Assembly (NCBI RefSeq): GCF_039654945.1
Contig: NW_027361698.1
Location: 20,646,001 to 20,710,000, forward strand
Direction of reading: 5' to 3'
DNA from: Dendrobates tinctorius
Taxonomy: Eukaryota
DNA length: 64,000 nucleotides
In this document: positions 52,241 to 64,000 of the stretch, piece by piece
Layout of the letters: each line of letters opens with the position of its first letter
Numbering within the stretch: the first letter of the stretch is position 1
The notes under the pieces: generated by a model
What the model saw: the letters and a program-made list of their open reading frames with translations, nothing else
Told to the model about the DNA's origin: nothing
Databases searched by the model: none
Made by a program: the position numbers and the translations under genes

Positions 52241-52399
52241 CTGGGACCTCTCCAGGCAACACCCTTTCATTACCGACATCTGTGGGTGCAGTATCGGGCA
52301 CCCTGGGACGACTCGCCTTGACAGTGTGCACCATTGGCATTGGTCTTTTGCGCTGTGACTCCAGCACAGTCTGCTGCTCTGCAGCCGGTTTTGTCATTT
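52241..52399 (-). CDS. casp6: putative extra casp6 prodomain exon (MTKPAAEQQTVLESQRKRPMPMVHTVKASRPRVPDTAPTDVGNERVLPGEVP)
   Basis: Strong polypyrimidine acceptor (gtcttgtttccatctttag|) and CAG|gtgagg donor. 159 bp, symmetric phase 1-1, open frame, GC-richer non-repeat sequence. Confidence 0.65.
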
Positions 52400-52641
52400 C
52401 TAAAGATGGAAACAAGACAGGAACATATAGCTAAGATTGCCAATACGTGTGTGCTGTGTGTGTCCTAGGAGAAACCTTTCAGAGCTATGCTTTCTTAGCT
52501 GACCTTTAAAAATAAACATTAGTAATATCACATTAAATGGTTATATAGTGTATACAGTTGAAAAAAGACAAATAGAAGGGTTACAAGTCCACAATGTATG
52601 GTGCGGTCCGCCCCAGCTAATCTTTGCCTCCTGATCCCTTA

Positions 52642-53054
52642 GGCTGTGTGCCCACAATGAGCTTTTGGGGAGTTTTTGATGCTGCATATTTTCACTGTGT
52701 GAATACCACAGCGTCTTACAGTTCCATCAAAGTGGATGGGATTTCTAAAAATCTCATGCCTAATGTGCTTCTATTTTACTTAGCGTAAAACAACCTGCGT
52801 TGCTCAGCGGAAACGCACTAAAAATGTATGTAATAGCAAATAAAGTTTTGTCAAAGACAAAAACCAGTATCAAAAATAAAGCAGCTTTATTTAAAACATG
52901 ACATACTAAGAAGAGACAAAACCACAGCATCAAAAATGAGATAAAAATGCTGTAAAAAAAACACAATGAAAAAAAAAGCAAGTAGCATCATAAAATGGTT
53001 CAGAAATTCTGCAACATCAAAAACTCACAGAATGCTCATCGTAGGAAAGTCGCC
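52642..53054. mobile_element. Harbinger-type MITE (related copy at about 43950-44456)
   Basis: TTA flanks and shared internal sequence. Confidence 0.65.
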
Positions 53055-53394
53055 TTAATGTCTACAATGACGTATGCAGGTTTACACACACAGGCACAGA
53101 GCCTTACAGCAGTGCACAGAGCCTATAGGACTCCCTTAGTACAGTCTTTTACAACCGCCATGCACTGGCATAACGGATCCAGGGGGAGAATAGCTCCATA
53201 CAGATGGGGTCCAATGGAGGAAGTCAGGATTCCTTTTCTTTTGGACTCTGCAGCAGAAGCATCTTTATGCCTTCATATAGGAAAGATATACGGTATATAT
53301 TTGTACTGTGTTACACAGTAGATAGAATTATATTAAGATTTGAGAGTCCTCAGTGGTTGATACCTTTTAATGGCTAACTGAAAAGATGGTAACA

Positions 53395-53438
53395 AATTGC
53401 AGCTTTCGAGACTACTCAGGTCTCTTCATCAGGTATAG
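53395..53438 (-). ncRNA. degenerate hammerhead-like motif in a Penelope-like terminal repeat (more degenerate copy at about 57152-57197)
   Basis: CTGATGA-A-GAGAC CTGAGTA GTCTC-GAAA-GCTGC. Cleavage triplet non-canonical. Confidence 0.5.
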
Positions 53439-53857
53439 AATAACACAAAATCTAATGCCATGTTAACACGGCCAGTATGTGGTCAGTATTTTGCCTCAGT
53501 ATTTTTAAGCCAAAACCAGGAGTGGAACAGCCAGCGGAAAAGTATAATAGAAACACGTCACCACTTCGGAATTTTTCACTTGCTTCTGGTTTTGGCTTAC
53601 AAATACTGGGGTAAAATACTGACCAAATACTGATTTGTGAACGTGGCCTGAAGAGTCACATATTTAATGCACAAGTGGACACAGGATAATGCAATAGATA
53701 AGACAAGTGATGTGAAGCAGAAACCTGACCTCTTCCAGGCTCTGGGGAGGACTCTGCCTGGAGATAGCTCTGCCTCCAGAGGTTATTTTTAACAGAAGGG
53801 GTAGTTACCAGTGTGATGTGTAATGGCCGCGCTCTGCTCTCCTGATCTACGGCAGAG

Positions 53858-54125
53858 CTAATAATAATAATTTTATTTCTATACAGCCAACTTATTCCGC
53901 AGCACCTTACATTTTAGAGGGGACTTGTTCAGACAATAAAGGAAATTACAAAATAACAATAATCACATAAATCAACAGATACCAAGAGGAATGAGGGCCG
54001 CGCTCACAAGCTTACAATCTATGAGGAAATGGGGAAGACATGAAAGGTGGATTGTAACAATTAATTCAATTGAACGGTCCAACCATCAGTGTAATAAATA
54101 GGGTGTTGACATAATGCTGCATGAA
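53858..54125 (-). mobile_element. L2/CR1-type LINE 3' tail
   Basis: Minus strand ends ...GCTGCGGAATAAGTTGGCTG...AATAAAATTATTATTATT. Confidence 0.55.
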
Positions 54126-54652
54126 CCGATAGTGTGTGTGTGTGATTATACCTAACACATCTGCAGGTTCCTCTCAGCCTCCATCTCACAGACAGGGCTG
54201 TAATAGTGTTACAATTCAGCAGAGCTCTGAGAGCTGCAAAAAATGTGTTTGCAAGAAGACAAGATTCATTTCTCCAGTTCTGTTTTAGTTACTTATCTCA
54301 CCGGTAACTTCACCTTCATGTAAAATAAGCTCTGTAGGCAGAAGTATCTCCAGGCACCATCCTCCTCAGAGCCTGGAAGACGTCATTTATATAAAGTGAT
54401 AAAATATTTCTAAACAACAAGGCATGTGATGTGAGACATACAGGTAGGACTCTCCTCAGCAGTCTATAACCTGTATGCCCATATTGATAGTTTAGATAAG
54501 TCAAATGTGCTGACAGATTCAACTTGATTTACTCAACTGTCAGATAAACAATAGTTCAGGTTCTCAATATTTGCATTCCCCGTGATATCAATGGGATTGT
54601 TGTGTTATTAGTTGCTCCAGTAACGTTCTGGCAGGCAGAATATTCTGACTTA

Positions 54653-55157
54653 GGCCTCTTTCACACTTCAGTTTTTTGTGTCAGTTAAAATCCGCCAAAA
54701 AGGCGGAAAAGCGGATCCGTTGCTAACTGATGTGAACGGATGCCACAGGAGCCGTTTTGTGACGGATCCGCAGAATGAAGAAATTTAAAGGAACCGCTGG
54801 CCGGGAAGGAGAGGGGAGAGAGAGAGAGAGTGAGAGAGATTTTTTTTTTTCCTCCGCCAGAAAGGATTTCAGGGTTAATTTTCTCCCTGACTTCCTTTCT
54901 CCGGGCATGCGCAATTGAAAATGCGGATCCAACAACAAAAAAAACGTTGCTAGGTCCGTCCAGGCATGCCGGCGGACGGAAAAAATTTGGCGGATCCTCA
55001 AAAAAATGGATGCAACGGATGGCCGTCCGTCAAGATCCGCCAGAAATGCAACTCAATGGGGAAAAAAAACGGATCCGCAAAAAAAATGGCGGATCCGTTT
55101 TTTTCAAAACCTGGTGGATTTTGACTGATGGTCAAAAACGGAAGTGTGAAAGAGGCC
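54653..55157. mobile_element. Harbinger MITE related to the autonomous element
   Basis: TTA-GGCCTCTTTCACAC ... GTGTGAAAGAGGCC-TTA with CGGATCCG subterminal motifs. Confidence 0.8.
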
Positions 55158-55589
55158 TTAGAAAGTGATGCACTGACAGACACGATTTCCATGATTAGCA
55201 TTTCCTAAAACGGTGCAGTGATTGGAATTATTTCCTTTCGACAAGGAAATACTCTGATCATAAACTGCAGGTCTGTGAGGAATTTCCAGGACCCAGGGCT
55301 TGTTCGCAGCCCTCCCATATAATGTATGTTTCCAGCGCCATGTATCCTCGTAATGGACTTTTGTACTACAGAATGTGGCCTGTTTCACACAGCCTATGAT
55401 AGTTCTAGGTCTGTATAGCAATTACTGACATTAAATGCCGTTTTTCAGCTTTGATGACATGCCATTCATCTATGTGTCTGCTGCAGCCAATCACTGGCCT
55501 CAACAGCGATGTCATAAGGCAGTGACAGGCTGCAGCAGCGTTGTGGACATACTGCTTTGCTGAAACAGTAGGGTTGTTTTTTGTATTTG

Positions 55590-56160
55590 TTTTTTTTTCA
55601 AAATCAAATTTTTTTTTAACAAAATTTTCAGTTTAGTAACATTACAAAACACAAGAATATGAATCCCAAACCCCGGTCCCTCCCGCCCCAACATTGTACA
55701 ACTAGCCATAATAAGGTGCAAAAAATGCAAATTGCGATCACGGTTCAATCAAGAAACAAGTGTCACAGTTGGTTAATTATAGTCAACTTATCAGAATGTA
55801 ATGAGTTCAAACCATTGTGGAAGTAATGAGAAGAACGTCCTCACTGCATCTGACACCTCGGATACTTTTGTGTTACAGGCTTTGAGAGTTTAGAATAGCC
55901 CCAGACGGTATATCTTTACAATTCCCGCGATGCCAAACCAAATCCGTCAATCCATGGGGCCCAAAGGTTTTGAATTTAGTGACAGCATTTCTTTTTAGAT
56001 AAATACCTTTTTCCAAATTCAACAACCAATTGATCTTATTTATGAATTCTGGAATTGTGGCCATCTGATCAGTTATCCAATGTTTAGCTATTCATTTCCT
56101 AGCCATATACAGCATTCGAGAGATAGCAATCTTATCATATTCATCAATAATCAGGTCCAA
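55590..56160 (-). mobile_element. L1/Tx1-type LINE 3' fragment
   Basis: EFINKINWLLNLEKGIYLKRNAVTKF resembles an L1 ORF2 C-terminus; A-rich tail at about 55590. Confidence 0.55.
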
Positions 56161-58645
56161 ACAGAACAGTAGGGAATTTAACGGATAAGCAATGTTTTTT
56201 GTTTTATTTTTTTTTTGGGGGGGAGGGGAATTTTTCTTTTCTTTAAATTATGGACGGCCCCATCAAACCTCTCATACTTGTCTGTGTTAGAATACGCTTT
56301 TCTTACGCTATTTTGTGGATAGCGATGTGATTATTTATGCTCTGAAGTTGTAGCGCAACCAACAAAAATGAAATATTTGTCAAGGCAAAAAGAAATGTCA
56401 GAACGAGAGCTGGTTTTGATAATGTTCCCTGTGTGACAGAAGCGGCAGCTCAGACACCAATTGTGTATGGTCAAAACAAATGACGTAGTGGAGTCTTGGG
56501 ATTCATTAATTCACCAAGAAAAACGTGAAACCCTGTTCCATTAGGAGATGCACCTGTCACTTATTATTTACCAGCAACGCTCACAGTCACAGCCTCATAA
56601 AATGCAGTCACAAGAGACTGACATATGAACAATAGGAATCGTAACAATCGTAAGAAGAACAGAGGAATGTTGTCATCAGGGCTTATTCACACTGGTGGTC
56701 GGGGTTTTCTTTACTTCCATGTAAACTGAGATTTTAAAGAACCAGAAAGTCGTGTTAATAACACAAGTATTACCAGACCACGCGTCCTCAAAAGAAAAAA
56801 AGGCAAGCACTTGAATGTGGCCGCAGTGTGTCACACTCATGTACAGCACCATGGAACCAATGGTGCTTTATAAATAAATAATAATTATAATAATACAGTA
56901 ATTATCTCGTACCAATAGATTCATTATGTTAGAGCACAAGGCAACCATACGACACCCACACACACTACCTTGCATAGTCCCTACTAACATATAAACCACG
57001 CAAGGGTTAGAATAAAAGAAAAAAAAAGGGTTTTGTACCGTGTTAGCTACTTGAAAAAAAGACTGATTGTTCTCAGTGGGAGAAACAAAATAATTATCTT
57101 GTAGTTATATCTTTTAATGGCTGACAAAAATAAAATAAGTGATGTTACAAAGCAATGCAAGCCTTCCAGGCTACTTAGGTCTCTTCATCAGGCACAGTAT
57201 AATAAAGTATCTGAGGAAACCAAAATATATACAGGGTTTAAATGGGAACATAGGCAAATTGGGAAATTACATCCTTCGAGAAAATCAGTCAGATTTCCAG
57301 TAAACGATTACCAAATGCATCATATGCCTAAACCATGCCGGAAGAGACATGTCTCACATGTAGACATATAATGAAGGCCCAGGGGCTACAAAAGAAGACA
57401 AACCAGAAATTTGGTTTAGTATACCATACAAAGAGGCACCCAAAAGCCCACACTGTAGACTGACCTTCCCATTCCTGTTTCTCAACCTTCCTAACAGTAA
57501 TGAAGATTGTACGCCGACAAATTTGTGACTTGCACATGGCAATTGTCGTAATGTCTAATATATCAAAATTCTCTAGTAAAGGGCAACATTGATGTCTCAG
57601 AACCTGCACTATAAAAATACAACGCTTTTGACCCACTAAACACCCTTCTACAATGTACCAGCGAGTTGCAAATCCACGATATAAAACAGTTTTCCATGAT
57701 TTTCCAATGCCGTTTTAGGTGAAAACTTTTTGCTTTACCAACATGTCCCCCCCATCTTTCACCAGTCGATACCTGCATCACAAATCCACAGCAATTTGTG
57801 TAAAGATTAATTTGGTTCCCTTACAGCAGTCTGGCCGGCCCTATTTAATACCATCGGCAGTGTGCTGTCTGATTTCACTGTGAAGAAAACATGTCTGTAT
57901 GATGCGCCTATCTGAACGAGCCCCTAGGATCACTACATAAAAGCTATCCATATATGTAAAAACTGCCTTTAGATTGGTGCATGTTCAATTGGCAAAGATT
58001 ATGGCTTCTACAGGACCAGTAACCCTGATTCAGCGATACACCATATCTTCATCAGTCCGTTTTCTAGCGTGTGGGCATCATCCCAGCCCAACTGTGGTTC
58101 TAATTGCGAATAAAAGCATTTTTGTTATTTCTCTCATCAGGTTATAAATCAGCTTTGCTATTTCCTATGATTCACTAATAAGAGCTGCTCATATTGGTGA
58201 TTTTGGACATACAGCGATGAATGACAAGTTGTGCATCGTCAGTCTGGATAACTTGGAGGACAATGCCATGTAACGTGGTACCGGTAGATCTCCGCCAGGT
58301 TCTGTTGATAGGCAGAACAAGTAAATATTGACGATCTATGAACAATAGCGGCACATGCACATTGGTACTCTTCTGTCATTATGCCAGATTTCTGAAAAGT
58401 GGCAATGACTACACACGAGCAGCGTGCACATTGGGCAGAAAGGCAAAAAAATGACAGGTAACTAAAATAGCAAGTGTGTCAGTTATACACACTGCTCAGG
58501 CGGGTCCTTACAAGCCTCAGCCTGATACTTACCATTGTTTGTGTAACTACAAGCTGTAGTAGCACATTAAATATACAAAGTATAATCAATAATACATCTA
58601 TGGAATACAGTGTTCAGAGAAGCATACACTGACAATCCCACTGAC

Positions 58646-58664
58646 CTGAGGATTCTAGGGACAT
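58646..58664 (-). CDS. casp6: putative first coding exon of casp6 (MSLESS, then phase-1 donor)
   Basis: AGC-ATG start context and CAG|gtcagt donor in phase 1, as required by the downstream exons. An in-frame upstream ATG also lies at 58808. Confidence 0.55.
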
Positions 58665-59149
58665 GCTGATTTGTGATTGTGTCTTCTGTAGCTGGATCTC
58701 AGTGCCTGTATGTGCACACTCAGCCCTTCCTTGTAGGTAAACTTCCTCATAGCCAGCAATCTCCACCCCCTGGCAACACTCAGCCTCCTCCCACAAGAAG
58801 TTTGGCATTCTCTTGCTCCCTTCCCTTCTTCCTGTACATTGTCTCACTCATTCTCCTGAAGTAATTTGCAATTACTGTAATTCACCGTCAGTTTCTAATT
58901 CTTCTAGTTTCTTTTTCGGGGCTAAATTTCATTTCTTATTCTGCAGTTTGTTATTCGGAGCTAATGTTGGTTTCTTATTCGGCAATTTTTTTTTCTGTTT
59001 TTACAGGTTTAGCAACAAAAATTAAAAAAAAATAATAAGAAAATACAATGCAGCGAGATACCCTGATGCGAATACACTTAAAAGCAGCTATAAAAATTAT
59101 AAAAGTGGCACAAAAATGGGAATAAAAGTGGGCAACAAAGGGCGTTATT

Positions 59150-59890
59150 GAAAGGGTTAAATGATTGGGCCACTGATCTCACAATGCAGGCACACAGATA
59201 GTGATGTCCCACATCTAATACAGGTCACTCCTGACTCCAGCCTGGTCCAAATGGGTTCTGGGTAGCAGAATTGGCATCAAATTTTAACAATTTGAATAAG
59301 TAACTGGTCTTTTTAAGGGGTTAAATAACTTTGGGACACTGATTTCACATGACCATCACACAAATAGTGATACACTGGATCAAATTCAGGTCCAAATGGG
59401 TTCTGGGAATCGGAACTGGAGTTAAATGACTTTGGGCCACTGATTCCACACCACCATTACATAGGTAGTTTTGCCCCGCAACAATTTCAGGTCACTCTAG
59501 CCTGGCCCAAATGGGTTCTGGGCATCAGAATTTGCATCAAAATGGGCAAACAGCCATTTCTTCCAGATTTCAATAAGTAACTGGTGTTTTTAAGGGTTTA
59601 AATGACTTTAGGCTACTGATTTCACATCACCATTACACAGATAGTGATACTCCCTGTTAAATTCAGGTCACTTCAACCTGGCGCAAACAGGTTCTGTGCA
59701 TGAGAACTAGCATTAATGTGGTAAGACAGTTGATTTTTATTATTTGATTGAGTAACTGGTGTTTTTAAGGGGTTAAATTACTTTGGGCCACTGATCTCAC
59801 ACCACCATTACATAGATAGTGATGCCACACATCAAATTCCAGTCACTTCAGCCCAGCCCAAATGGATTCTGGGCATCAGAACAGGCAAAG
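59150..59890. repeat. tandem satellite with a unit of about 170 bp (about 5 copies, one shortened)
   Basis: GGGTTAAAT.ACTTTGGGCCACTGAT.TCAC recurs at about 59152, 59317, 59420, 59594 and 59769. Confidence 0.8.
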
Positions 59891-60089
59891 CAAAAAGTCC
59901 AGATAGTGATGGCTAGGTAAATCTTCAGAAAATTATCACTGCCTAATAAAAAGAAGGAATCAAAATTGCCAGTCAAATTATCAACAATCTTAAATACGCA
60001 GCCCATACAACATTGATAGCAACAAGCATAGATGGCAGCAGGAAGGACTTATTACAAGATGGAAAGATCGAGCATTGGATTCCTACTCA

Positions 60090-60772
60090 ATACAAGGAAG
60101 ACAAAGATATTGACCACAGCCAGGTAGGACCGGGACATGTTTGAGGTTGACAGTAAAAAGCTGGTAGTTGTAAAGAACTTTAACCTGCTCTGATCAATGA
60201 TCACTCAAGATGCAGTGACAACACCAGAAGTCAATAGGAGAATAGCTATGGGCAAATCAACAATGAAGTCACTGGACAAGGTCTTTAAATCAATGAATAC
60301 TTCACAGACGATGAAGACACGGTTCTTAAATAGTCTGGTCTTTGCGGTAGTAACATATGGATGTGAAACCTAAATGATAAAGAAAAGACAAAAGAAAAAT
60401 CAAAGCCTTAGAAATGTGGTGCTGGAGAAGGATGTTATCAATACCATGGATGGCAAGAAGAACAAACAAATCAATTTTGAAACAAATATAGCCAGACATG
60501 TAACTCGAAGCAAGGATCACCAAGCTACAACTTGCCTACTTTGGTCACATCATAGGAAGAGAGCAACCACTGGAGAAGGATGTTATGGTTAGAATAGAAG
60601 GAATAAGGGGAAATGAAGCCCATCGACCTGATGGCCTGATACAATCAAGATAACAATGGAGAAGACCCTGTTGGACCTATCTAGACTTGCACAAGATCGT
60701 TCTTCCTACAGAGCGTTTACCCATCAAATCGCCATCAACTCGAGATCGAACTGAAGGCCGTTAATAATAATC
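60090..60772 (+). mobile_element. RTE/BovB-like LINE 3' fragment (decayed)
   Basis: EVNRRIAMG, VTYGCET and ALEMWCWRRMLSIPW motifs, with a (TAA)n tail. Confidence 0.75.
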
Positions 60773-62782
60773 ATATAAGCAGGAAAGTATCAATATATGG
60801 TAAAATCAATAAAAGTTAACTTTTACTGTTTAAGGATAAAAAAATCAACCACTCAGGAGAAATTCAATTATTATACAAACAAGGTGATCAACAGCTGATA
60901 AAGGCTGTAAAGGTACAGTAATGAAGTGCTCAGTGAAAACTGTGCCAGAAAAAAAACAGGTTTGATCTCACCCAGTTCTTGTAGTGAAGCCACTTCACAG
61001 ACAGGAGTACAAAGTCCGTAGGGAAAACTGTTGACTTATTATCCCCAGTCGTGTCCTGCATTGCACCCACCCTAACAAGGGCAGTACCCAAGTGTGTCAC
61101 CTAAAGTTGGGTTAAAAGTACCCCCAGAAAATGCCCTCCCGACTCGTTTCTGCCGCAATGGTTAGGCCACATCAGGGAAGTGTATTTGCAAAAACGGGAA
61201 AAAGGATCTATTACATCCACATCAAAAGGGGTGTATACAGGTCCTGCAGTGGCAGTAAGAACCTGAAATGAAGAAGGGCAGAGTGCTGCACAGCATCAGG
61301 AAGCAAAAGTATTGAGGGTTCAAGAGACGTTTTATGTAGAGTAATGTAGATCTTGCCTCCTTCAGCGTCCCAATTTGTGTCTAGACTCTAATATCACAGC
61401 GTTTCCATAGGGATGCGATGCTGTAGGTCACTTAATGACGATAGGGTGCTACGGCTATGACGTCTCGCATGTTCATTGGATATTATCACTAGGAGTGCCG
61501 TCCATGTCAGGGCATGAGTATTGACGTGACTGCCAGAAGCCTTGCTATTGGATCACCAAGTTCTGCCATTTTCCACCCAACTGGATTCACTGAGACATGA
61601 CCAAGTGATGCAATCTCTAATGTTTTACCATTGGCAGTAGGGCTGTAATGTTTCACGCCCTGAATGGTTATTCTTCATCACAGAGTGTGGTCCAATAACA
61701 AGACCATTGACCCCATTGGGGGCGTCAACTAGGCCATGAGCAATGCCTCTGGACTCTATTTGTTTGAAAAAGTACAATTGATGAAGCACATCTCTTAAAG
61801 GTCTAATAACCCGATAAGCCCGCTCAATGGGGAGGGGTTGTATCAGCTATACTGTCACAAATAACTTTTAGTCATGCTACTGTGATACATATTCATTTAA
61901 TGCACCTATTTCTCTGCACATATCTGTCACAGCCAATGGACTTAAAAATAGAGGGTTGTATATAGGGATCACTAACGGGACTTCAAAAATAAATTAAACA
62001 CATGCACAAGCGTTAGTCATTTGTGAGAGAACACCCCAGTGAGGATTGTGTGTAGATATGAGTGTTCTGTCCTCATTAAATGAAGCAGAATTCATGTAGC
62101 TTATACAGGCAGATAAACCGCTATACCGAGGTCCAATAAGGAGACTGTAGTTGAACCTGTGCTTTATTGAACGTGATGGTATATTGGCGCGTGGTAAAAC
62201 TACAAGCAAACATATATATACACTCAGTCAATACAGGGCACATCAGAAATACATATTATACATAGTACATTATAAATCAACATCTGCACTAATAGCTAAC
62301 CAGGGGAAGGACTAATTAACAGGCTAAAATGAGACAGGAATTAGATGCAGGAAGCATAAATACATACCAGCGATGCTATCACAATCACAAGGGGAGAAGA
62401 GAAATGAGATGTGTTATGATTGGGTTACCGAGGAAGAAAGCAAGACCAAGCTAAGCCACAGAAAACCAAATCAAATGTGAACAATAGCAAAAGAACACTT
62501 AGCTTGAGCATGCAGGGACTGGAGTGGAAACTAAGACCTCAGGAGGCATTAAAAAATCACCAGCAGGGATAGAGGGAGTCGGCTGTCTTAAATCCCAGTC
62601 TGAAACCCCAGATCTCCAATCGTCATCCTCATTATCAGGTGGCAAGCCTCGGTTAATCAGATCATCTCCATTACCTCCAGTAACCACCAGAGGGAGCCCA
62701 GAAAGAGAACTCGCAACCCCTCTGTCAATTTGACCAGCTCCACTACCTTCAGTAGTAACCAGAGGTAGGCCAGAAAGCGAAT

Positions 62783-63882
62783 TCACAACTTTACCCCCCC
62801 TTGAGGAGGGGTCACCGAACCCTCATCCACGCCACCAGGCCGATCAGGATGGGCCCGGTGAAAAGCACGAACCAATCTATCGGCATGAATGTCAGAAGCA
62901 GAGACCCAAGAATTATCCTCTTGGCCATAACTCTTCCATTTGACCAAGTACTGGAGTTTCCGTCTAGCCAAACGAGAATCCAATATTTTCTCTACCTCAT
63001 ATTCCACATTGCCTTTAACCAATACAAGGTCAGGAGGTGCAGCCATAAGAACTACTGGCTCCACAAACTTCTTCAACAGAGATTTATGAAACACGTTATG
63101 GATCTTAAACGTAACTGGAAGAGCCAATTGAAAAGAAACAGGATTACGAATCTCCAAAATCTTATAAGGTCCAATGAATCTTGGCTTGAACTTTGGAGAC
63201 GCAACCTTCATAGGAATATTCCTTGACAACAACCAAACCATATCACCCACTTTAAACCGGGGACCAATGGTCCTATGCCAGTTGGAAAACCGTTGGGCTT
63301 TTTCCTGAGAGAGGGACAACTTATCCACCACTAGGTCCCAAATCTGCTGCATTCTCTCTTCCACAGTGTCCACACTTGGGCAGGTCGAAGATTCCACTTG
63401 CCCTGAAGAAAATCGAGGATGAAACCCAAAGTTACAGAAAAAGGGCGACATCAAAGTGGCAGAACTAGCTCTATTGTTTAGCACAAATTCGGCCAAGGGC
63501 AAAAATGAGACCCAGTCATCCTGATCAGCAGATATAAAATATCTCAAATAGGACTCCAAAGTCTGGTTTGTTCGCTCAGTCTGCCCATTGGTCTGAGGAT
63601 GAAACGCAGAGAAGAAAGATAACTGAATTCCCAGACTGGAACAAAAAGTTCTCCAAAATCTGGAAACAAACTGGACTCCTCTGTCCAACACAATGTTCGC
63701 AGGAATCCCATGCAACCGAACCACCTGTTGTAAAAACAAGGGCACCAACTCTGAAGAAGATGGCAACTTTGGGAGTGGTACAAGATGGATCATCTTAGAA
63801 AATCTATCACAAATCACCCAGATAACAGTCATTCTCTGAGAGACCGGAAGATCAGAAATAAAATCCATTGAGATATGGGTCC
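62783..63882 (-). mobile_element. Gypsy (chromovirus-type) pol 3' end: integrase plus chromodomain, then PPT and 3' LTR starting at about 62787
   Basis: THISMDFI, VICDRFSK, HGIP.NIVLDRG, FHPQTNGQTER, GPY/F motif, EYEVEKILDSR...YLVKWK chromodomain; PPT AAGGGGGGG. Confidence 0.92.
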
Positions 63883-64000
63883 TGTTACCACGGCTGGTCA
63901 GGAGACAAATCTCCAGGAGTGGACCCTCTGGACCGTGGTACCGAGGGGCCCCAGGCGAGCTGTCAGGTGGAGCCGACCCCTATACAGGGATCTTTAGGAG
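63883..64000. mobile_element. LTR-like insertion interrupting the integrase, running off the window
   Basis: Abrupt TGTTACCA start at the point where pol homology stops. Confidence 0.5.

Noticed and set aside
58526-58540. ATG|gtaagt strong donor on the minus strand as an alternative first exon
   Set aside because: Phase 0 is incompatible with the phase-1 downstream casp6 exons; cannot be supported without transcripts.
61400-62250. Possible decayed Penelope coding remnant next to the 61136 hammerhead-like motif
   Set aside because: No motif clear enough to call by eye.

Overview
Vertebrate genomic DNA, most likely from an anuran (frog); the taxon is inferred from the TE repertoire and the caspase sequence. 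The window is mostly one host gene, caspase-6 (casp6), on the minus strand. Six core coding exons (22592 down to 2927) are well supported. Three further putative upstream exons (40144-40185, 52241-52399, 58646-58664) would give an unusually long prodomain of about 83 aa. The introns and flanks are packed with transposable elements. These include an apparently intact autonomous Harbinger/PIF element (2-exon DDE transposase plus a convergent 7-exon MADF/Myb-like gene, 34195-39553), a near-intact Tc1 (3543-5189), a decayed Tc1, three 4-5 kb TTAA-flanked piggyBac-like non-autonomous elements carrying telomere-like repeats, many Harbinger and Kolobok/T2-type MITEs, Gypsy/LTR pieces and LINE fragments. 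The most striking hidden signals are: (1) minimal hammerhead ribozyme motifs tied to Penelope-like sequence, one in a 353-bp tandem unit and a pair in a perfect 168-bp-arm palindrome inside a casp6 intron; (2) a probable captured UBLCP1 exon fragment inside a non-autonomous hAT element; and (3) a four-family nested TE stack. All coordinates were read by eye and may be off by a few bases.
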